The notes: generated by a model from the letters alone, not told the origin. A stretch of DNA of 50,526 bases from an uncultured Rhizobium sp. (GCA_964492925.1 CAZBMF010000002.1:1-50526); one strand, 5' to 3'; positions 29,376-38,279 are shown, counted from the first letter of the stretch. Program-made: numbers and translations.

Positions 29376-30116
29376 TTATGTATGAATAATTTTCTTTAAA
29401 GTAAATAGAAAGTTGTTGTGTTTGATTTCTGGGTGCAAAAGAGCAATACCTATACAATACTTACTAAAATTGTGTTCAAATTTATGAATTAAATGTGAAA
29501 ATGGGGTTTTCGACTGATGCCTTATACCCGAATATTTAATCTCTAAAATTGCAAGATTTTGCAGCGGTATTTTTTCATTTGAATTGTAAAAACAAATATC
29601 AGTGTCTATGGTAACTCTCTGATTGATTGTTCGATGAAATAATGTGATTCTCTTATATGAAATTCCAATGGATTGTTGAATTTCAATATTGTGATTTGTG
29701 TGTTCATGTATCAATTGATACAGTTCTTCCTCTCCATTTTTTTCAAATTCTATGGACTTCCGAAATTTATTGGTAATTTTATTTTTTCCTTTTAATTTGA
29801 TTTCTGCAAATTTTAAGCGTGAATCTATGTACTCCCTCAAGCGAACTTTATACCGTACTTTTCTGCCGTTATGATGCTTTAAATAAAGTTCATAATCCTT
29901 TGTATCATAATAAGTTGATACATATTCATGTTGTACTTTGTTGTCTATTTTTAAAACAAGATAATTATTGCTGGCAAGGGTCAGTAATTCAAGTATTTTT
30001 TCAGTGGGAATGATATATTTTCGATCAAACCTACTCAATAGTTTGTTGTTGGTTAAATTGGATAGTTCAATACAATCAAAACGGTTTTCTATAAAGGAAC
30101 TATCTAGGCTTATCAT
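29376..30116 (-). CDS. VTC-domain (triphosphate tunnel metalloenzyme, polyphosphate-polymerase-like) protein
   Basis: 246 aa; alternating charged beta-strand motifs RFDRKYIIP, KVRYKVRLREY, FAEIKLKG, ILEIKYSG typical of the CYTH/VTC tunnel fold. Confidence 0.75.
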   Translation of the reverse strand: MISLDSSFIENRFDCIELSNLTNNKLLSRFDRKYIIPTEKILELLTLASNNYLVLKIDNKVQHEYVSTYYDTKDYELYLKHHNGRKVRYKVRLREYIDSRLKFAEIKLKGKNKITNKFRKSIEFEKNGEEELYQLIHEHTNHNIEIQQSIGISYKRITLFHRTINQRVTIDTDICFYNSNEKIPLQNLAILEIKYSGIRHQSKTPFSHLIHKFEHNFSKYCIGIALLHPEIKHNNFLFTLKKIIHT

Positions 30117-30228
30117 TCTCGACTATTGAACGAATTAACATGAAAAAAGTTGCATTCTTATTATCTGATGGATTGAATTTAGTGGTTTTTTGAAATTTTT
30201 CCCTTCGTATCATTCGTTTACTTTTCCA

Positions 30229-30236
30229 TAACTTTG
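30229..30236 (+). promoter_or_regulatory. -7 promoter box TAACTTTG for the sulfatase gene
   Basis: perfect TAnnTTTG 21 nt upstream of ATG 30258. Confidence 0.45.
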
Positions 30237-30257
30237 GTCAAAATTTATTCTAACTTA

Positions 30258-31826
30258 ATGAAAAATATACTGTTAATCTTCTTCTTTCTAATTTTCAAAT
30301 TACAGGCGCAACACAATGTAATACTAATCATTGCCGATGATTTAGGATCAGATTATTGTGGTTTTTATGAAAATCATATCGACACCGCCAAAATGCCGAA
30401 TATTCGAAAATTATTGTCTCGAGGGATAAGATTCAGTCAAACTTGGTCAAATCCAGTTTGTTCTCCTACTCGGGCAGGAATATTGACCGGCCGTTATTCT
30501 TTTAGAACCGGATTGGGTGATGTGGTGGCAGGAACTGGCTCCAAAGAACTTGATACCAGTGAGAAAACCATACCCAAACTCCTCAAATCTTTGAGTAACA
30601 ATAAACTTAAAACGGCCAATTTTGGGAAATGGCACTTGTCGTTGGCTAAACCTATTCAATTAAATTATCCTAATTATTTCGGATTCGATGATTACGCGGG
30701 TAATTTCTCTGGTACTTTATCTTCTTATACCAGTTGGACAAAAATTACCAATGGTACATCTTCTACCTCTGTCAATTATGCAACCACTGAGCAAACTAAT
30801 GATGCCATAAATTGGCTTAAAGTCAATAAAAATAGCGATAAATTCCTTTGGCTGGCATACAATGCCCCTCATTCTCCTTTTCATTTGCCCCCATTGAATT
30901 TGCATTCAAGCAAAAGTCTACCCGGAACATCTGCTCATATCAATGCCAATCCTCAATTATATTTTAAAGCCATGGTGGAAGCCATGGATACTGAAATTGG
31001 TCGCTTAATGGATTCATTAAAATCTTGGAATATGTACGATCAAACCGATTTCATATTCATTGGTGATAATGGAGATGATGCTCAGGTGAATCAAGGTGTT
31101 AATAGTTCCAAAGGCACCTTATTGCAAGATGGTATTCATGTTCCCATGATTATTTCTGGACCATCGGTTTTGGCCCCCAACACTGTGAATCATTCAGTAG
31201 TAAATACCACCGATATTTTTGCAACAGTTTTAGAATTATTTGGTTTTTCTAATTGGCAAAAATCAATTCCCTCAAGCACTATAATTGATTCAAAATCATT
31301 GCTTCCCATCATTAAAAATCAATCTGTACAAGTGAGAGATTGGGCGTTTTCAGAAATATTCAAAACTACTACCGATGCCAATGATGGTAAAACTATGCGC
31401 AATGCTACGCACAAGTTAATTGACTTTGACAATGGTTCGCAGAAGTTCTTTAATCTAGCATCAGATTCAACTGAACAATTGAATTTGATTGGCAAACAAT
31501 TTTCTGATGAAGATGGATTGAATTACGCTTACTTATGTCAGGAAATGGCCAAATTAACAGGGTTGAATCGTTTTTGTGACGATAATGTTGGCGCGAAGTC
31601 AATGTCCCTCAAGAATCAAATTTACCCGAATCCATTTTCTACCGAAATTCATATTCCTGAAACGTTGATAGGGCAATTTTTTCAAGTTTACAATGCATTG
31701 GGACAAGTTGTTTTTGAGGGACATTCTTCCGAAACAATTCATTTAAAGCATTTGCAATCTGGTATTTACCACCTGGTATTTGCGAATTCCCTTATAAATA
31801 ATTCCGTTATTGTGAAAAAACCTTAA
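30258..31826 (+). CDS. Cys-type sulfatase with a T9SS C-terminal sorting domain
   Basis: ATG 30258 (MKNILLIFFFL signal peptide); formylglycine signature CSPTRAGILTGR; C-terminal YPNPFSTEIHI...GIYHLVF. Confidence 0.85.
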   Translation: MKNILLIFFFLIFKLQAQHNVILIIADDLGSDYCGFYENHIDTAKMPNIRKLLSRGIRFSQTWSNPVCSPTRAGILTGRYSFRTGLGDVVAGTGSKELDTSEKTIPKLLKSLSNNKLKTANFGKWHLSLAKPIQLNYPNYFGFDDYAGNFSGTLSSYTSWTKITNGTSSTSVNYATTEQTNDAINWLKVNKNSDKFLWLAYNAPHSPFHLPPLNLHSSKSLPGTSAHINANPQLYFKAMVEAMDTEIGRLMDSLKSWNMYDQTDFIFIGDNGDDAQVNQGVNSSKGTLLQDGIHVPMIISGPSVLAPNTVNHSVVNTTDIFATVLELFGFSNWQKSIPSSTIIDSKSLLPIIKNQSVQVRDWAFSEIFKTTTDANDGKTMRNATHKLIDFDNGSQKFFNLASDSTEQLNLIGKQFSDEDGLNYAYLCQEMAKLTGLNRFCDDNVGAKSMSLKNQIYPNPFSTEIHIPETLIGQFFQVYNALGQVVFEGHSSETIHLKHLQSGIYHLVFANSLINNSVIVKKP

Positions 31827-31910
31827 AATTTTTGAAACGTGACATAAATCACTGTATTCCAGTTTGGCTTACATGAAATTTGTATTCAATTAGAACTAAA
31901 TACATCTGCC

Positions 31911-33332
31911 ATGCAAGTAGAACAAATTTACACTGGATGTTTGGCTCACGGAGCTTATTACATCACTTCTAATGGCGAAGCTGCCATTGTTGATCCATTG
32001 AGAGAAATTCAACCTTACATTGACCGTGCAACCAAAGATGGAGTAAAAATCAAGTACATTTTTGAAACCCATTTTCATGCGGATTTTGTGAGTGGACACA
32101 TTGATTTGGCTAAAGCCACTGGTGCAACCATTGTTTATGGTCCAACCGCAAAACCCAATTTTGATGCCCTAACCGCGGATGACAATCAATTGTTTCAAAT
32201 TGGTGATATTCAAATAAAAGTACTTCATACTCCAGGACATACAATGGAAAGTTCTTGCTTTCTATTGATTGATGAGAGCGGAAAAGAACACTCTATGTTC
32301 TCAGGAGATACCTTGTTTATTGGGGATGTGGGCAGACCTGATTTGGCGCAAAAAGTAATTGCTGATTTAACCCAAGAAAAATTGGCTTCTCACTTATTCG
32401 ATTCTTTGAGAAATAAAATCATTCCGTTGAATGATGATATTATTGTGTATCCAGGTCATGGTGCTGGTTCTGCTTGTGGTAAAAACATGAGCAAAGAAAC
32501 CACTGATACACTTGGAAATCAGAAGAAAACAAATTACGCATTGAATTTAGATTTAACCCGTGAAGAGTTTATTTCACAAGTGCTTGATGGCTTGATGCCA
32601 CCTCCTGGATATTTCCCTAAAAATGTGATCATGAACATCATGGGTTATGATTCTATTGATGCTGTTTTAGATAGAGGAACTAGAGCACTTTCAGTTGATG
32701 CTTTCGAAGTGGCTGCCGAAGAAACGGATGCTTTGATTTTAGATACCAGAAAATCAGAAGTTTTCGCTAAAGGCTTTATTCCAGGCAGTATCAATATTGG
32801 CATTGATGGAAGTTTTGCCAATTGGGTTGGTGTTTTGGTAACCGATATCAAACAAAATATTTTAATTGTGGCAGATGAGGGACGCGAAGAAGAAGTTGTT
32901 ACAAGATTGGCACGTGTGGGTTATGATTTTGCAATTGGTTTCTTGAAAGGTGGTTTTGATGCTTGGAAATTGGCCAATAAACCTGTAGATACTATTAAAT
33001 CCATTACAGTGAATCAGTTTAAAGAAATTTGGGATAATGATCAATCTATCCAAATTTTAGATGTTAGAAAAGCCAGTGAATTTTATTCTCAGCATTTACC
33101 TACTGCAATCAATGGACCTTTGGATTATATCAATGACAGTATGACATTGATTGACCCGAATAAAACATACTATGTGCATTGCGCAGGTGGATATAGGTCG
33201 ATGGTGTTTATATCAATTTTAAAAGCCCGAGGTTACGAGAATTTAGTTGACGTGGCCGGTGGTTTCACCGCAATTATGGGTAGTGGGAAATTTGAAGTAA
33301 CGGAATATCTTTGTCCTTCAACCATGTTATAA
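31911..33332 (+). CDS. MBL-fold persulfide-dioxygenase-like domain fused to two rhodanese domains (CstB-like)
   Basis: THFHADFVSGH metal motif in the N-terminal half; two rhodanese modules, the last with the active-site loop CAGGYRS. Confidence 0.8.
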   Translation: MQVEQIYTGCLAHGAYYITSNGEAAIVDPLREIQPYIDRATKDGVKIKYIFETHFHADFVSGHIDLAKATGATIVYGPTAKPNFDALTADDNQLFQIGDIQIKVLHTPGHTMESSCFLLIDESGKEHSMFSGDTLFIGDVGRPDLAQKVIADLTQEKLASHLFDSLRNKIIPLNDDIIVYPGHGAGSACGKNMSKETTDTLGNQKKTNYALNLDLTREEFISQVLDGLMPPPGYFPKNVIMNIMGYDSIDAVLDRGTRALSVDAFEVAAEETDALILDTRKSEVFAKGFIPGSINIGIDGSFANWVGVLVTDIKQNILIVADEGREEEVVTRLARVGYDFAIGFLKGGFDAWKLANKPVDTIKSITVNQFKEIWDNDQSIQILDVRKASEFYSQHLPTAINGPLDYINDSMTLIDPNKTYYVHCAGGYRSMVFISILKARGYENLVDVAGGFTAIMGSGKFEVTEYLCPSTML

Positions 33333-33353
33333 CAAAATCATATTCAATAACTC

Positions 33354-33382
33354 AAAAAAGGCTGCATTTGCAGCCTTTTTTG
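33354..33382 (+). terminator. Rho-independent terminator after the MBL-rhodanese gene
   Basis: AAAAAAGGCTGC-attt-GCAGCCTTTTTT. Confidence 0.85.
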
Positions 33383-33401
33383 TTGGTCTACAAATTGTCA
33401 G

Positions 33402-33409
33402 TATCTTTG
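33402..33409 (+). promoter_or_regulatory. -7 promoter box TATCTTTG for the polytopic membrane protein gene
   Basis: perfect TAnnTTTG 10 nt upstream of ATG 33420. Confidence 0.45.
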
Positions 33410-33419
33410 GTTTTTCGTC

Positions 33420-34826
33420 ATGAAGCCAAACAAACAGTTTTATCAGCATTTTTTGATTCTTTTGGCCATTTTGCTTCCCATTTTTCTTTTGGCGAAATCG
33501 TATATTCTGTATACCACAGACTCCGGGGCTTATTTATTGAATTCTAGAGAATTGAAAGTGCCAGGTGATAGAAGTATTTTTTACAGCGTTCTAATTTTTT
33601 TGCTCAATGTAATTCCTGGTTTTTTTAATAACCCAAGCCTTATTTGGTTTGTATTCTTGCAGATATTTCTCACTTATTGGATTGTTTACCAATTTGTTAA
33701 AATATATTTTGATGGTTTTTTTCAGAAGAGATTTAAGCTGTTTTTATTGTTGTTCTTTTTGTTTTCACCAACCTTATGGCTGGCAATTCAAATAATGCCC
33801 GACATTTTTACGGTGATTTTGTTTTTCGCAGCAATGCTATTTTTAAAGTCCACCAATCATCGTGGAGCATGGTTGTTTGGGGTATTGGTATATGTATCAT
33901 TGTTGGTTCACAATTCAAATGTTTTATTGTTCCTTTTTTTCTCTGGGGGGATGTTTTTGCTTAGAGCCAAATTGGTGGCATTGAATTTATTTAAACCGCG
34001 ATTCCTGCAATTATTCTTGGTATCAATTTTTGCAATTTCCACCATTTTTAGTACCAATATCTACGCAAATGGGGAGGTTTCATTGGGTGTTTCTAGTGAA
34101 GCTTTTTTTATGGGAAAACTCTGTGAAAATGGAATTTTGAAGAAGTATTTGGACAAATATTGCGACAAAGAACCCAATGCGTTGTGTGCTTATAAAGACA
34201 AATTACCAGAGCATAGTTGGGATTTTATCTGGGAGGAAAATGGGGCTTTTGCCAATTCTGGTGGTTGGCACAACAGTGATTCCTTGTATAAACATATCAT
34301 TAGAAAAACCCTTATTGACCCAGAACTTTTTGTGGCCCATATACAAGCCGCTACTATTGCCACAGTTAAGCAGATTGGTTTAATTGGCGCTGGTGATGGT
34401 ATTGTGAAATTAAATGAACAATCTACCATTGTGAATGAACTAAAAACCGGTTTTCCTTACGATTTTAAGTTGTTAAATCATTATGGTGCGCAACAAAAAG
34501 AGAGCATTCCATTTAGCGATTTGAATAAAGTTTACTTGTGGGTTAGTTGGTTGGTAATTTGCTTAGCAGGTTTCCTTTTATTCAAAACGAAAAATATAAA
34601 ACTGTTAAGTTTGTTCTTCATTGGATTTTATTTCACACTTTGCAATGCATTTGTAACGGGTGCAATGGCCAATGTGTTGATGAGGCTCAACACAAAAGGA
34701 ATCATAGTTTTAATAGCCATTAGTTGGCTAATTTTAATCTATGGAATGCAGGAAATTTATGAGAAAAAGCGAACAGGTGTTTTAAAAGATGGTTCCAGTG
34801 CCATAAAGAATGCCAATGGCATTTAA
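33420..34826 (+). CDS. Polytopic membrane protein of unknown function (possibly GT-C-like glycosyltransferase)
   Basis: 468 aa, about 10 hydrophobic helices plus a Cys-containing soluble loop; no motif that I can name with confidence. Confidence 0.65.
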   Translation: MKPNKQFYQHFLILLAILLPIFLLAKSYILYTTDSGAYLLNSRELKVPGDRSIFYSVLIFLLNVIPGFFNNPSLIWFVFLQIFLTYWIVYQFVKIYFDGFFQKRFKLFLLLFFLFSPTLWLAIQIMPDIFTVILFFAAMLFLKSTNHRGAWLFGVLVYVSLLVHNSNVLLFLFFSGGMFLLRAKLVALNLFKPRFLQLFLVSIFAISTIFSTNIYANGEVSLGVSSEAFFMGKLCENGILKKYLDKYCDKEPNALCAYKDKLPEHSWDFIWEENGAFANSGGWHNSDSLYKHIIRKTLIDPELFVAHIQAATIATVKQIGLIGAGDGIVKLNEQSTIVNELKTGFPYDFKLLNHYGAQQKESIPFSDLNKVYLWVSWLVICLAGFLLFKTKNIKLLSLFFIGFYFTLCNAFVTGAMANVLMRLNTKGIIVLIAISWLILIYGMQEIYEKKRTGVLKDGSSAIKNANGI

Positions 34827-35390
34827 TCCGAAGGTATAACTTCCTCCAAAATACATCACGAAATCACTTCCTTTTTTCACCATGAGTCTGCCCGCTATCA
34901 AAGGCGCAACGAACAATTTTTTATCGTTATCAAACCCAGCACTCACCAATGGACCTGCTTCGAATTCCAGTTTTGTATCGCCGTAGAGGGTCCATTCTAT
35001 GGGTTTGTATTGAAATCCTGTTCCAAGGGTAATGGCTGCTTTTTCATTCACAAGTGATTGTTTGCCGGCTGAATCGGTTACAATAAATTGTTTAGATTCT
35101 GTAGGGATGTTTAAAAATACAGGTATTCTGATTTTTTTCTCAGGTCTAAATTCTGCAAAAAATAGCATGGTGCTCGTTGGAATAGTGAGTTTAGCCGCAT
35201 CTTTTATTTTGGCAATATCGGTGCTTGAGATAAACATCATGGTTGATCCGAAACTAAGTTCAAACAAGTGTTTTCTTGGCTTGGTAGTATCTTTTTGAGT
35301 GGTTTGTGCATGGGCATTCGCGTTAAAAAAAACAAATGCCAATAATGTAAAAATCTTGAAGTTGTTGAATTTTATGTTGATTGTTTTCAT
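34782..35390 (-). CDS. Secreted/outer-membrane protein of unknown function
   Basis: 202 aa; signal peptide ...FFNANAHAQ; C-terminal aromatic residue (..GTGTIF); its 3' end overlaps the convergent gene by 45 nt. Confidence 0.6.
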   Translation of the reverse strand: MKTINIKFNNFKIFTLLAFVFFNANAHAQTTQKDTTKPRKHLFELSFGSTMMFISSTDIAKIKDAAKLTIPTSTMLFFAEFRPEKKIRIPVFLNIPTESKQFIVTDSAGKQSLVNEKAAITLGTGFQYKPIEWTLYGDTKLEFEAGPLVSAGFDNDKKLFVAPLIAGRLMVKKGSDFVMYFGGSYTFGLNAIGILYGTGTIF

Positions 35391-35406
35391 ATGAAAGGGG
35401 TGCGGA

Positions 35407-35414
35407 CAAATCTA
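35407..35414 (-). promoter_or_regulatory. -7 promoter box TAGATTTG for the 34782-35390 gene
   Basis: plus caaatcta; 16 nt upstream of ATG 35390. Confidence 0.4.
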
Positions 35415-35535
35415 AAATTAAAAATTTGCAATTTCAAAATATTAGTTTCAAATTATTGAATATCAATAAAAATAGTTGGGAAATGGACTTTTCAATTCTT
35501 GGAAAATTTTGGTCGATAAATAGCGATAAAAGCCT

Positions 35536-35543
35536 TATTTTTG
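35536..35543 (+). promoter_or_regulatory. -7 promoter box TATTTTTG for tRNA-Arg
   Basis: perfect TAnnTTTG 9 nt upstream of tRNA position 1. Confidence 0.5.
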
Positions 35544-35552
35544 TGCCTCGTT

Positions 35553-35627
35553 GGTCCCGTAGTTCAATGGATAGAATAGATGTTTCCTAAACATTTGATA
35601 TGAGTTCGATTCTCGTCGGGACTACCA
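35553..35627 (+). tRNA. tRNA-Arg (anticodon CCT), CCA encoded
   Basis: hand-folded cloverleaf: acceptor GGTCCCG/CGGGACT, D arm GTTC..GAAT, anticodon stem GATGT/ACATT with loop TTCCTAA, T arm ATGAG-TTCGATT-CTCGT, discriminator A, then CCA. Confidence 0.9.
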
Positions 35628-35651
35628 AGAAAAAATCATTGTTTCTGATTT

Positions 35652-35680
35652 AAAAGTGAAGGATTTCCTTCACTTTTTTT
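35652..35680. terminator. Bidirectional intrinsic terminator shared by tRNA-Arg (+) and the lipoprotein gene (-)
   Basis: AAAAGTGAAGG-attt-CCTTCACTTTTTTT: a GC-containing 7-bp stem flanked by an A-run and a T-run. Confidence 0.8.
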
Positions 35681-36128
35681 ATTTTTCATATTCACAAACA
35701 ACATCCATGTAGTTGCCAGGGTTATTAGGGTCTTTTCCTTCTAAATTTCTTGTTATAAGCCTTTTCTTGTATGCTTTATGCCAAAAGTAGGTCGTTCCAT
35801 TGCTTGGTGAACCAACGTATAACAAAAGGGCGTTTCCCATTACCCGGCATTTCCCGCTATAACTAAATCCAGATGAAACGTATTTATAGGTGAAATTGCT
35901 ATCTGTTGTAATGGTAAATTCATTTCCCTTGCCACCAAATGCACTTAATGATACACTATCAGTTTTAATGTAATTTTTGTAGCTCACTTCTGCGTATCTA
36001 ATGAGTTTCCAATTCCCATCCAATGTGCCGGGTTCGTAAATTGTATTGTCTGTGGATGGTTCTTTTGCGCAACCTGCCATAATGGCCACTATGCAAAATG
36101 AAAAAATAAACTGTTTGATATTCTTCAT
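35679..36128 (-). CDS. Small lipoprotein of unknown function (lipocalin-like size)
   Basis: 149 aa; lipobox IMAGC. Confidence 0.65.
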   Translation of the reverse strand: MKNIKQFIFSFCIVAIMAGCAKEPSTDNTIYEPGTLDGNWKLIRYAEVSYKNYIKTDSVSLSAFGGKGNEFTITTDSNFTYKYVSSGFSYSGKCRVMGNALLLYVGSPSNGTTYFWHKAYKKRLITRNLEGKDPNNPGNYMDVVCEYEK

Positions 36129-36136
36129 ATATCCAT

Positions 36137-36144
36137 CAAAAGTA
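36137..36144 (-). promoter_or_regulatory. -7 promoter box TACTTTTG for the lipoprotein gene
   Basis: plus caaaagta; 8 nt upstream of ATG 36128. Confidence 0.4.
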
Positions 36145-36185
36145 ATAGATAGATATTGCGATATTGTTTGATTTGACTATAATTA

Positions 36186-36234
36186 TTACGGGAAATCCGT
36201 AAATTAAAATCAAACTTTTACGGATATGCCGTAA
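36186..36234. promoter_or_regulatory. Two copies of the dyad TTACGG-N5-CCGTAA (36186-36202 and 36218-36234), putative operator pair
   Basis: read directly: ttacgg gaaat ccgtaa and ttacgg atatg ccgtaa, centre-to-centre 32 bp. Confidence 0.4.
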
Positions 36235-36373
36235 TAAATTTTTCCAATATTGAGTCTATTGATTTTATTTGGAAATATAATTTCAATTTTGAACTGCTCG
36301 TTTACCAACAATTTGTTGACTTCCTCAAAAATGTATCGTCATTTTATTCAAGTTTGAATAACTTGGGCAAGTT

Positions 36374-36883
36374 ATGTTAAAGAATACTATTTTAATTATT
36401 TGCTTTTTGTTGAGTTTTAAATTGTATGCTCAACCTATTTCTTCTAAAGATACTCTTAAAATTAAAGGAAAATACGTTGGTTTTATAGATACAATTATTT
36501 CTGAAAAGTCTGATATTGAGATTACAAAAACATATCGTATTACCTTGACAAAACCTGTTTTTAAGGATGATATTAACCAATTTGAAGACTCTATTGTCAG
36601 AAAATATCCAACAAGTTATTTTAAATATAATATCAAATATGAAAATGTTGGGAATTTGGAATTAGCTGGTTATTATATGATAAAATCTGCTGATGCAAAA
36701 AATGCATCTTTGACATTTGCGCTATTAGGTTCTGCACTTGGTAGTGCCTTGATTTATACCGTTAATCCGGCTGTAGGCTTTGGCGTTACCGGATTAAGTG
36801 CTTTAATTTCTCTGATACAAAATTACAGAGGTAATAACTTTCTCAAAAAAAGTGGTCAATTGTTAATGACTGAGTTGAAATAA
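36374..36883 (+). CDS. Hypothetical secreted/membrane-anchored protein
   Basis: 169 aa; signal peptide ..FKLYAQ; Gly/Ala-rich hydrophobic C-terminal segment. Confidence 0.55.
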   Translation: MLKNTILIICFLLSFKLYAQPISSKDTLKIKGKYVGFIDTIISEKSDIEITKTYRITLTKPVFKDDINQFEDSIVRKYPTSYFKYNIKYENVGNLELAGYYMIKSADAKNASLTFALLGSALGSALIYTVNPAVGFGVTGLSALISLIQNYRGNNFLKKSGQLLMTELK

Positions 36884-36888
36884 CCCTT

Positions 36889-37149
36889 CTACAATCTCCT
36901 AATTCCTTCAAATATTTCATCCATCACTTTCGCTAATTGAAGGTCTTTTTCTGTAACCACATTCCCTTTGTCATGGGTGGTTAATTTTACCTCAACCTTG
37001 TTGTAAATGTTTGTCCAGGTGGGATGGTGGTCCAATTCTGTAATGAATACTGTGCACCGATTCATGAAGGCAATGGCATTTTCAAATGTTTGAAATTCAA
37101 ACGTTTTAGTTAAGCAATTGCTTTCTTCAATCCAGTTGTTAAGATTCAT
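36889..37149 (-). CDS. Pterin-4-alpha-carbinolamine dehydratase (PCD/DCoH family)
   Basis: 86 aa; ELDHHPTWTNIYNKVEVKLTTHD signature. Confidence 0.85.
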   Translation of the reverse strand: MNLNNWIEESNCLTKTFEFQTFENAIAFMNRCTVFITELDHHPTWTNIYNKVEVKLTTHDKGNVVTEKDLQLAKVMDEIFEGIRRL

Positions 37150-37151
37150 TG

Positions 37152-38276
37152 TTAAACCCGTTCTTCAATTTTACCGTCGGAGTATTTTGCAAATCTACCT
37201 TTGTTTCTATCGTGAACTTGGTCGTATCTAGGCCATGGCCATCCTCCATATTGGGTTTCATGATAATCTTGGAATGCCTGCTGAATTTCTTCCTTTGTGT
37301 TCATTACAAATGGTCCATATTGCATCACAGGTTCTCCAATGGGTTTTCCCTGAAGAATTAAAAATTTGCAGTTTTCTGAGGTGGCAACTACTTCTGTTTC
37401 TTGATTGGTTCTGAGCCTTACTGATTTATAGCTACTTACATTGGTGCCTGCAATTGTAATATCTTGTCCCTCATAAAAATAAAGCATTCTATTTACCCCT
37501 TCACTGGCTTTGGGTAGCACAATGCTTGCACCTTTTTCCATAATGACGTTCCAAATGGCAACTTCGTTTTCCGCTTTGGATGCCCATGAATTTGGCGGCG
37601 GATTTAAACTTTTTGTCTTTCCGAAATTACCCGCAATGATTTCAATGTAGCTCTTTTTATTTGCGCTATTTTCTTGGGTGATTTTCGGAATATTTTCCGA
37701 CCAAAACATCGAAAAATGAGGATCCGACATTTTTTTGTTGCTCGGTAAATTCAACCAAATTTGAAATAGTTCTAGGGGATTGTCTTTTTCTTTGCTCAAT
37801 AATGGAAACATTTCTGAATGTTGAACACCTTTTCCGGCCGTCATCCATTGAACATCGCCATTTCCATATCTTCCGGCAGCTCCCATAGAATCGGCATGAT
37901 CTACCAAGCCTTTTCTCACAACCGTTACAGTTTCAAAACCCCTGTGTGGATGACCAGGAAATCCTGGAACTTTCTTCCCGTGGTACATTCTATACCCGTC
38001 TTTGATGATAAAATCGTCGCCCAATGATCGGCCTGCCAATGATTCGGCAGGACCCATTTGATCATTCCCTTTTGGGAAATAGTCTTCATGATGCACACAA
38101 AATAAAAAAGGATCAAGGGTTTCCCACTGAAATCCCATAGGTTGAATATCGATAATTGGGTCAAAGGTTTCCATTTTTTTCTTAATTGTATTTCCTGCAC
38201 TCTCAAAAGAGGCAGTTACTATTGCTCCTAGTCCTAAACCAAGTCGCGTTAAAAAACTTCTTCTTTGTATTGCCAT
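37152..38276 (-). CDS. Pirin-family protein with a twin-arginine (Tat) signal peptide
   Basis: MAIQRRSFLTRLGLGLGA Tat motif; pirin metal site GFPGHPHRGFETVT; ATG 38276 preferred over TTG 38282. Confidence 0.85.
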   Translation of the reverse strand: MAIQRRSFLTRLGLGLGAIVTASFESAGNTIKKKMETFDPIIDIQPMGFQWETLDPFLFCVHHEDYFPKGNDQMGPAESLAGRSLGDDFIIKDGYRMYHGKKVPGFPGHPHRGFETVTVVRKGLVDHADSMGAAGRYGNGDVQWMTAGKGVQHSEMFPLLSKEKDNPLELFQIWLNLPSNKKMSDPHFSMFWSENIPKITQENSANKKSYIEIIAGNFGKTKSLNPPPNSWASKAENEVAIWNVIMEKGASIVLPKASEGVNRMLYFYEGQDITIAGTNVSSYKSVRLRTNQETEVVATSENCKFLILQGKPIGEPVMQYGPFVMNTKEEIQQAFQDYHETQYGGWPWPRYDQVHDRNKGRFAKYSDGKIEERV

Positions 38277-38279
38277 ACT

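Noticed and set aside
35381-35590. 69-aa plus-strand ORF
   Set aside because: It runs through the tRNA-Arg promoter and the 5' half of the tRNA. It has no protein-like features and is a chance ORF in AT-rich DNA.
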